IMG/VR virus record: IMGVR_UViG_3300022744_000004
Location: 1-64,000 of that record
Strand: one strand, 5' to 3'
Length of the DNA stretch: 64,000 nt
Source of the DNA: an uncultured virus (IMG/VR IMGVR_UViG_3300022744_000004)
Lineage: Duplodnaviria > Heunggongvirae > Uroviricota > Caudoviricetes
Shown here: positions 1 through 6,197 of the stretch, in pieces
Layout: each line of letters begins with the position of its first letter
How positions within the stretch are numbered: position 1 is the first letter of the stretch
Notes under the pieces: generated by a model
The model's input: the letters and a program-made list of their open reading frames with translations, nothing else
Told to the model about the DNA's origin: nothing
Database searches by the model: none
Translations under genes and position numbers: made by a program

Positions 1-235
1 TGCTGACGTGCGGCCACTCCAGCAACAGCAGTTGCCAGTCGATGGGGCGAACCATCTCGGTGCCTACGATGTGGTTGACCACAGGGTGTAGGTCGAACGC
101 GTGGGTGATACTAAGCCACCATTTGTGTGGGCCGTAGGCGTAGGTATCCGTCTCGACAAAATACTGATAGCGGTTGGCGCGGTTGATGGCGCGAGCAGCT
201 TGTGCCCAAATAGTTGGGAAGGAACGATCTTTCAT
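1..235 (-). CDS. hypothetical phage protein, runs off the window start (partial)
   Basis: Not in the ORF track. Read by hand: ATG at 235 after GGAGATTGAC RBS, open to base 1 (MKDRSFPTIW...DWQLLLLEWPHVS). Confidence 0.75.
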   Translation of the reverse strand, partial: MKDRSFPTIWAQAARAINRANRYQYFVETDTYAYGPHKWWLSITHAFDLHPVVNHIVGTEMVRPIDWQLLLLEWPHVS

Positions 236-295
236 GTCAATCTCCAAGGGGTCTATGCCCCGATAGTTGCCGGTAGCCGACCGGCGCGGTGGCGG

Positions 296-314
296 TAGGG
301 ACAAATTGTCCCTA
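296..314. repeat. 19-bp palindrome copy 1 (TAGGGACA-AAT-TGTCCCTA)
   Basis: Seen directly; arms extend to 12 bp (293-317). Confidence 0.95.
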
Positions 315-359
315 CCGTGCGCTCTTAGCGGCGCTTAAAAATCATGACTGCTGGGCGTG

Positions 360-536
360 CTACTCCCAGTCGTTCTGTTCTTCTTCCCACTCACGCTCGT
401 ACCGATCTTCCCAGTACGCATCGACGTGCGCGGAATGAAGCGTTTCTTGCAGTGCATCGTATTGCTCATCGTCGTCCAGTATGCGAGGCATACTGGCGAG
501 GGCAAGCAGGTTTGCGATGAAGGCTTTGCTGGTCAT
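360..536 (-). CDS. small acidic hypothetical protein
   Basis: Start trimmed to MTSKAF at 536, giving an ATGA overlap with the upstream ORF stop. Confidence 0.6.
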   Translation of the reverse strand: MTSKAFIANLLALASMPRILDDDEQYDALQETLHSAHVDAYWEDRYEREWEEEQNDWE

Positions 537-721
537 ACCTGCACCCCAATCATCATCCCTGCTGCCGCATAGCAACGGGCCAGTTCGGGGCGCACGTTGC
601 GCCAGTTCCCTACCCTGTCCTTCACCTGCCACGAGTTGTAGCGATGCGAGAAGCGCAGGTAGCGTCCGTCTTTGAGGGTGACGGAGTTCACGCGGTACGT
701 GGGTTTACGGTCGGCGGTCAC
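533..721 (-). CDS. hypothetical protein
   Basis: 62-aa ORF with coupled 4-bp overlaps on both sides. Confidence 0.6.
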   Translation of the reverse strand: MTADRKPTYRVNSVTLKDGRYLRFSHRYNSWQVKDRVGNWRNVRPELARCYAAAGMMIGVQV

Positions 722-1041
722 AGCAACTCCTTCGGCACATCAACCTCGTCGCCCAGCTTGGATGCAACGTAGCAACGCATGGCCGCCCGTAGCGCAGTGT
801 CGCCACTGACCATGTAGCGCGGTTCGTCGTCATAGTTTTGGCTTGACCAAGAGAGCCACACGCCATCAGATTCAATCTCAATGCACAGCTTCTCCCGCTC
901 AATGATCGGGCCACCTTGTGCCCAGTCGCGGGAGTATTGGAGAAATTCTTTAACCTCGTTTCCGTAGGCGTTGACTCTCGGCCCCTCGCACTTCGCCACC
1001 GCCCAATCAAGTGCGGCACCTGTTAGTCTGTTTGTTTTCAT
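718..1041 (-). CDS. NinX/DUF2591-like phage protein
   Basis: LTGAALDWAVAK...YSRDWAQGGPIIERE...LRAAMRCYVAS pattern; GGAGATTGACATG RBS. Confidence 0.75.
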   Translation of the reverse strand: MKTNRLTGAALDWAVAKCEGPRVNAYGNEVKEFLQYSRDWAQGGPIIEREKLCIEIESDGVWLSWSSQNYDDEPRYMVSGDTALRAAMRCYVASKLGDEVDVPKELL

Positions 1042-1051
1042 GTCAATCTCC

Positions 1052-1264
1052 TTAGTGAATGGATGCTTCGTCGTACATATCGGGCAGCTCGCTTGCGTCT
1101 ACCCATGCCTCGCGGGCGATGGCGTCCTCCAGCCACGCCTTGATGCGCTCCTCTGTTGGCATCATGCCTATCGTCACGACGATACCGTCGATGACTACCG
1201 CGCCTATGTAGGCGTTGTTCTCCTCGCTCCAGCCATAGCGCGGCTGCGGTGTGTTTGCTCTCAT
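1052..1264 (-). CDS. hypothetical protein
   Basis: 70-aa ORF with GGAGATTGACATG RBS. Confidence 0.7.
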   Translation of the reverse strand: MRANTPQPRYGWSEENNAYIGAVVIDGIVVTIGMMPTEERIKAWLEDAIAREAWVDASELPDMYDEASIH

Positions 1265-1317
1265 GTCAATCTCCTATTAACGTACTAACGTAATGCCAGT
1301 GGCCGACTGGCAGCGGG

Positions 1318-1336
1318 TAGGGACAATGTGTCCCTA
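1318..1336. repeat. 19-bp palindrome copy 2 (TAGGGACA-ATG-TGTCCCTA)
   Basis: Seen directly. Confidence 0.95.
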
Positions 1337-1364
1337 GTTCGATTCATGACTGCTGATGGGCGTG

Positions 1365-2204
1365 TCAGGCCCACTGAGGCGGCAGCCACACACGTTCTTC
1401 ATCAGGCGTGAGACGCGCGGCGGGCGGGTTGTTGTCCGCCTCGCGCAGCCGCTGCACCATCGGCGTGGGGCACAGCAAGCGCCAGTCCTTGGGCAGTTTG
1501 ACGTGGGCAGTGACAGCGCCTGATGTGCGCGTGTCGAGTTCTTTCAGTGCAGCCGAGGTGGCCGCAAGCTGGAGCGCAGAGTAGGGCGTCTCGGCCCATG
1601 TGTACTGACCGTCCGCCTTGGACTTGTCACAGCGGTGTAGCTCACGGTGCTCGATGATCGTGGCCTTCAGGGTGTTGGCTGCGTTGCGTATGGCCGCGCG
1701 ATCTGCGTCCGTGATGAACGGCGTGAACTGCTTACCCTTGTGCGTGGGGCGCTCACGATAGTAGGCGGCCACCGTTTCAAGCAAGGCATCACGCTCGGCA
1801 GGATCAATCCACGTCCACCATGCGTTCGCACGACATTCGGCCAGCAGTGGGCGGTCAGTCTCGGCCCGGCGTTTGTTGGTGGCGGCCCGGCGTTCTTCCA
1901 AGTCCTTGGGCTGCACTGGCTCGCCATCCTCCAGCAGGAGGCGTGATGCCTCTTCGATCTTGTCGATGGCCTTTTGTATTAGCACTGTGTATGCCTCGTA
2001 CATAGGCTCGGTAGGCTGTCCCGCACGCTTGGGGCGATTGGATGTGATGCTTGTACGTACTGCCTTTGCGCTGTTGAGCAGGGTGGCCCATGCGGTGGCA
2101 GGTTCTACACGGCGCTTGCGTGCCGTGGCGTAGGCGTTGATAACGGCCTCTGTAGTGTGGGGCGACACACCATGCGATAGCATGATGTCACGAAGAACGG
2201 TCAT
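1365..2204 (-). CDS. hypothetical protein (~279 aa)
   Basis: Long ORF; start trimmed to MTVLRD at 2204 behind a GGAG RBS. Confidence 0.75.
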   Translation of the reverse strand: MTVLRDIMLSHGVSPHTTEAVINAYATARKRRVEPATAWATLLNSAKAVRTSITSNRPKRAGQPTEPMYEAYTVLIQKAIDKIEEASRLLLEDGEPVQPKDLEERRAATNKRRAETDRPLLAECRANAWWTWIDPAERDALLETVAAYYRERPTHKGKQFTPFITDADRAAIRNAANTLKATIIEHRELHRCDKSKADGQYTWAETPYSALQLAATSAALKELDTRTSGAVTAHVKLPKDWRLLCPTPMVQRLREADNNPPAARLTPDEERVWLPPQWA

Positions 2205-2286
2205 AAAGGACTCCAAAAGTAAAGTTAGGTAGTACGTACTATACCTGCAAATTAGACATTCCGTTGGTATACGGGCATTTCTGCGT

Positions 2287-2548
2287 AGTACAGGCAAGGG
2301 GTTTGGGGTACAAAACCCTTATGTGACAAGGACTTAGCCGGGTCGCATAGCCGCAAACCACGGTTTCAGAAAAAACACACACACACCTACACATAGTATG
2401 TGTATGTATATGCATATACATGGTGTTAGTAATACATACATACTCTCTCATATATATCTGTATTAAGTATATGTGTGTGTAGGGCGGCGTGAAATCGCTA
2501 AGTCCTTGATTTCATTAGGAAAACGCCTTGGAGTATGTCGCCTGTACT
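2287..2548. other. origin-like noncoding element: AT-rich alternating purine/pyrimidine core within nested inverted repeats
   Basis: AGTACAGGC (2287-2295)/GCCTGTACT (2540-2548); CAAGGACTTAGC (2327-2338)/GCTAAGTCCTTG (2497-2508); CA/TA/TG-rich core ~2375-2480. Function inferred. Confidence 0.5.
2499..2511 (-). promoter_or_regulatory. IHF consensus site
   Basis: Minus strand AATCAAGGACTTA matches WATCAANNNNTTR exactly. Confidence 0.5.
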
Positions 2549-2593
2549 GGTGCCAATACGCTAGTACACCTGTGGCGTGCTTCCGGTATGTAC

Positions 2594-2612
2594 TAGGGAC
2601 TAATTGTCCCTA
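2594..2612. repeat. 19-bp palindrome copy 3 (TAGGGACT-AAT-TGTCCCTA, one mismatch)
   Basis: Seen directly; contains the TAG stop of the 2610-2825 gene. Confidence 0.95.
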
Positions 2613-2825
2613 GTAAGAAAAGCGAATCATGACTGCTGCGCGGCTGCGCTTGTACGTAATACGTACGTCACCAAAGTAGTGGGTCTGGTATGTGCCGCCG
2701 CAACGGGTTGCAGCAACGGGTGGGTTGAGCGAGTCGGCTATCTCACGGGCCTCGCGTTCGGACTGCAGCTTGGCAAGGATGCCGAGGTAGTGGTTGCTGC
2801 GGTTGATGGTGCGTAGTTGTGTCAT
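2610..2825 (-). CDS. hypothetical protein
   Basis: 71-aa ORF with GGAGATTGACATG RBS, bracketed by palindromes 3 and 4. Confidence 0.65.
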   Translation of the reverse strand: MTQLRTINRSNHYLGILAKLQSEREAREIADSLNPPVAATRCGGTYQTHYFGDVRITYKRSRAAVMIRFSY

Positions 2826-2841
2826 GTCAATCTCCTAGAGG

Positions 2842-2860
2842 TAGGGACAATGTGTCCCTA
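2842..2860. repeat. 19-bp palindrome copy 4 (TAGGGACA-ATG-TGTCCCTA)
   Basis: Seen directly. Confidence 0.95.
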
Positions 2861-2955
2861 GGGTTATGGGCAAGTCGCCCCCGATGCCCTGCACGCAAGG
2901 CACGGAGAGTTGGTTGTCACACGGGTTCTGTTACGGGTCGCGCGACTGTGACAAG

Positions 2956-3114
2956 TCACAGGTTGTGCAGCTTGGCATCACGGTATGCGATGAGCATGGC
3001 GCGTGCCTCGTCCTTGTAGTGCCGCGTCTCTGCGCCCTGTGCCCGCCAGAAGCGGAACGAACGCATGGCTTTGCGAAACATCTTGCGATAGAAGATGGTG
3101 CGGGTTGTCAGCAT
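2956..3114 (-). CDS. small basic hypothetical protein (52 aa)
   Basis: Below the track cutoff. Read by hand: GGAGAATCTC-ATG, MLTTRTIFYRKMFRKAMR...KLHNL*. Confidence 0.6.
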   Translation of the reverse strand: MLTTRTIFYRKMFRKAMRSFRFWRAQGAETRHYKDEARAMLIAYRDAKLHNL

Positions 3115-3233
3115 GAGATTCTCCAAAATACACCGTAGGGAAAAGGAATGGGCGATGATGGGGGCGTGGTGCTGCGAAACCCGCCAGCCCCCATCGAACG
3201 TGAGCGCTCACTAACATATACAGCGCAAGATAC

Positions 3234-3252
3234 TAGGGACATTGTGTCCCTA
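3234..3252. repeat. 19-bp palindrome copy 5 (TAGGGACA-TTG-TGTCCCTA)
   Basis: Seen directly; 4 bp past the stop of the 3257-3679 gene. Confidence 0.95.
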
Positions 3253-3256
3253 GTAA

Positions 3257-3679
3257 TTAGATGGCAGCCTTGATGTCAGTCTTAGTCCAGCCCTGAGCCA
3301 TCAACTCTGCAACGATGGTTGCCATGTACTCTTTCAGCGCCTTCTGGTCAGCGCTCAGCTTCTTGCCAGCCTTGGTCACCTCGCCAGTCTGCTCGGCAAC
3401 AGCGCCATAGTCCGGGTCTGTATAGCGCATCATGCGGGACACCGCCTTCTTGAATGCGCTGTCCTGCGCAGGCTTGCCATTCTCTGTAACCTGCTTGCGA
3501 TACTCTGGCTTCTTGGCAAGCAAGGCAACTTGGATGTACTCGCGGGCAGTGTCCGCGTCGAGTTGCTCGGCTGCACGATAGGCCCGCACCTTTGCACAGG
3601 CATCATCGAAGGATAGGAACCCGTCAACCATCTGGTTGATAGCGGTAGTGATAGCGTTGACTTGGATAGCGATAGACAT
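3257..3679 (-). CDS. hypothetical protein, first gene of the leftward arm
   Basis: 140-aa ORF with AGGAG RBS. Confidence 0.8.
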   Translation of the reverse strand: MSIAIQVNAITTAINQMVDGFLSFDDACAKVRAYRAAEQLDADTAREYIQVALLAKKPEYRKQVTENGKPAQDSAFKKAVSRMMRYTDPDYGAVAEQTGEVTKAGKKLSADQKALKEYMATIVAELMAQGWTKTDIKAAI

Positions 3680-3711
3680 AGTAAAAACTCCTAAAGGATA
3701 GTGAAAAGCAC

Positions 3712-3730
3712 TAGGGACAATGTGTCCCTA
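3712..3730. repeat. 19-bp palindrome copy 6 (TAGGGACA-ATG-TGTCCCTA)
   Basis: Seen directly. Confidence 0.95.
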
Positions 3731-3987
3731 GCGATGGAATCGAACCCGATTTCCATGATTAAAGTATGCAAAACCGTGGTAATCGGGGGTATTTCAGGGG
3801 TCTGATGTCCCTAAATCGGGGGCTGGTTGACCCACCCCACCCCAACCCCCCAAGAAATGATGACCCTGTGCATCGCGCGTAAAACACTATTCCTCAACCG
3901 GCCTCCACACTTTGCTTAATTTTTAAGCTAGTACATACCAAAAATTTTTTGCAAAATTTTCCGACAAAAATTGTCAACTATTTGGGC

Positions 3988-4021
3988 AAAAAATAACCCC
4001 CAGACCTTGCGATCTGGGGGT
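3988..4021 (-). terminator. intrinsic terminator-like hairpin, leftward
   Basis: ACCCCCAGA/TCTGGGGGT stem followed on the minus strand by TATTTTTT. Confidence 0.5.
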
Positions 4022-4129
4022 CAAGTCCGGGGGCAACCCGGCCGTCAGGGAGATGACATAAAGCAAGACGGCTTGCGATGCCGTGGCGGAATGGTAACAT
4101 ACCGCCTATCACCCCGCAAGGAGGTTGCG

Positions 4130-4675
4130 ATGAAACCGTTGGAACATTTACTCAATCCTGACTTCGATGACTTCGAGGACATGGACACCACAGAACTGCT
4201 GGACGCACAGGCCACCACCGCCCACTGGCTCGACGCCGTGGACACCACCACAGTGGTGAGTGACAACCAGAAGGACGCCGCGCGGCAGGCGTTCGCCGCC
4301 GTGACAAACCCAGACCTGACGGACTCTGAAAAGAAAAAAGCCGTCGCCACGCTACGCGTGCCACAAGCTGTAAAACATCTTGCTGGGATGCTCAGTGAGT
4401 ACGACTGGGCCTACGTCGAGCAGGCCAAGGAGATGCGTGGCTATGTCGTAGCCAAGCTCCTCGAAGAGTCCAAACACCCCGACGCCCGCATTCGCCTGAA
4501 GGCCATTGAACTGCTGGGCAAGCTGACCGAGATCGGCTCCTTTACAGAACGTGTGGAAATCAAGAAAATCGACGCCACGACAGACGAGCTGCAAGAGCGC
4601 ATCCGCGCGAAGTTGGCTACGCTGATGCCGAAGGTGATTGAAGTGGAAACGGTTCAGTCCCGAGATGCAACTTAA
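4130..4675 (+). CDS. putative terminase small subunit
   Basis: AAGGAGG RBS before MKPLEH; directly upstream of and overlapping terL; RLKAIELLGK...FTERVEI segment typical of TerS-like proteins. Confidence 0.6.
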   Translation: MKPLEHLLNPDFDDFEDMDTTELLDAQATTAHWLDAVDTTTVVSDNQKDAARQAFAAVTNPDLTDSEKKKAVATLRVPQAVKHLAGMLSEYDWAYVEQAKEMRGYVVAKLLEESKHPDARIRLKAIELLGKLTEIGSFTERVEIKKIDATTDELQERIRAKLATLMPKVIEVETVQSRDAT

Positions 4676-6188
4676 CGCGGACACGCTCACACCGCAGGAG
4701 ATCGACATCCTGCTGGCGGCACTGCCGACGCTACCGCGCGAGGAGCAGGAGCAGTTGCTGCTCGACCTTGACGAACTCGAACGCAAGATGGCCCGCGCGG
4801 GGGCCAAGGCAGACTTCCTGAAGTTCTGCCACTTCGTGTACCCCGGATTCAAGGAGGGGCCGCACCACCGGCACATGCGCCCACTGCTGCACAACGTGAA
4901 CTCCGGCACGGAATTGCGCATGACCGTCTCCATGCCACCCCGGTTCGGGAAGTCCGAGACAATCGCCTACCTGTTCGTGGCTTGGTACCTCGGTCACAAC
5001 CCCGGTCACCACATCATGATGGTGACGCACACGGCCGACCTGTCGGCTGATTTCGGCCGCAAGGTGCGGAACCTACTGGACAGTGATATTTACCATGAAG
5101 TTTTTCCTGACACCGTGGTGGCACGCGACAAAAGCGCGGCTTCAAACTGGTCTACTACACTTGGCGGAAAATATTTGGCTATCGGTATTGGGGCCAACGT
5201 TGCCGGACACGGAGCCCATCTACTTATCGGGGATGACTTGGTATCCGAACAAGCCGTCCTCGCTTCCGACCCTGATAAAACTTTCGCCCAAGCATGGGAG
5301 TACATGCAAGTCGGCCCCCTCCAGCGACTGATGCCGGGTGGGCGGATCATCATGATCGGCACCCGGTGGGGTAAAAAAGACCCAATCGGCCGCGCGTTGC
5401 AGTGGGCGGAGAACAATTCGGACTCCTTACCGTGGAATGAGGTGCGTTTTCCTGCAATTTTGCCCTCTGGAGCCTCACTTTGGCCCGAACAATGGCCCGT
5501 AGAACAACTTTTGGGGAAAAAAGCGGGCATGTTTCCTCAATTTTGGGCCGCGCAGTACATGCAGGAGCCGACTTCTGAGGAAGGAGCCATCGTCAAGCGC
5601 GAATGGTGGAAGATTTGGGACAAAGAAGACCCCCCGCCGTGCTCAATCATCCTGCATAGCTGGGATACGGCACACACCGCCAAGGAATCCGCCGACCCGA
5701 GCGGTGTTCAGAGCTGGGGAATCTTCTGGAACGAGAAAAACAACCGCGATGAGCTGATTTTGCTGGACGCGTGGACGGGCCGCAAGGAGTTTCCAGAGCT
5801 GAAGAAGTTCGCCTTGGACTATTACAAGGAGTGGAAGCCCGACCTGACCATCATTGAGAAGAAAGCGGCCGGTGCGCCGCTGATTCAGGAGTTCCGCGCG
5901 ATCGGCATCCCGGTGGGGGAGTACACGCCCAGCCGGGGAGCGGACAAACGCGCCCGGTTGAATTCGGTGGCGGACATTTTTGCGTCCGGCATGGTGTGGT
6001 GCCCTGACCGGCGCTGGGCGCACGCGGTGATGGACGAGATTGCGGAGTTCCCCAACGGCGAGCACGATGAAATGGTGGACTGCTGCTCGCAGGCGCTCAT
6101 GCGCTTTCGACAAGGCGGCCTCATCCGCCTACAATCCGACGATGATGGCGAGCCATTCGAGCGCCGCCGTAACCGCGCGTACTATTAA
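4665..6188 (+). CDS. terL: terminase large subunit
   Basis: Walker A-like MPPRFGKS, Walker B LLIGDD, IGTRW coupling motif; nuclease SWDTA, IEKKAAG, FPNGEHDEMVD. Confidence 0.95.
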   Translation: MQLNADTLTPQEIDILLAALPTLPREEQEQLLLDLDELERKMARAGAKADFLKFCHFVYPGFKEGPHHRHMRPLLHNVNSGTELRMTVSMPPRFGKSETIAYLFVAWYLGHNPGHHIMMVTHTADLSADFGRKVRNLLDSDIYHEVFPDTVVARDKSAASNWSTTLGGKYLAIGIGANVAGHGAHLLIGDDLVSEQAVLASDPDKTFAQAWEYMQVGPLQRLMPGGRIIMIGTRWGKKDPIGRALQWAENNSDSLPWNEVRFPAILPSGASLWPEQWPVEQLLGKKAGMFPQFWAAQYMQEPTSEEGAIVKREWWKIWDKEDPPPCSIILHSWDTAHTAKESADPSGVQSWGIFWNEKNNRDELILLDAWTGRKEFPELKKFALDYYKEWKPDLTIIEKKAAGAPLIQEFRAIGIPVGEYTPSRGADKRARLNSVADIFASGMVWCPDRRWAHAVMDEIAEFPNGEHDEMVDCCSQALMRFRQGGLIRLQSDDDGEPFERRRNRAYY

Positions 6189-6197
6189 GGAACCCGT

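Noticed and set aside
2239..2451. 70-aa ORF over the dinucleotide-rich tract
   Set aside because: Low-complexity translation (HIHTHT, CVCV) of a repeat tract, with no RBS.
296..3730. CRISPR array or integron reading of the palindromic repeats
   Set aside because: Start-to-start spacing is 248-1276 bp, irregular, and contains whole genes; no cas operon or integron integrase in the window; no attC GTTRRRY architecture.
3733..3757. tRNA T-arm-like GGGTTCGATTCC on the minus strand
   Set aside because: Forms a simple local hairpin; no acceptor stem, D-arm or anticodon arm found.
3971..4129. N-terminal extension of the terS-like ORF and other track starts upstream of my calls
   Set aside because: Better RBS-supported or overlap-coupled starts lie downstream; the extensions cross regulatory hairpins or neighbouring genes.
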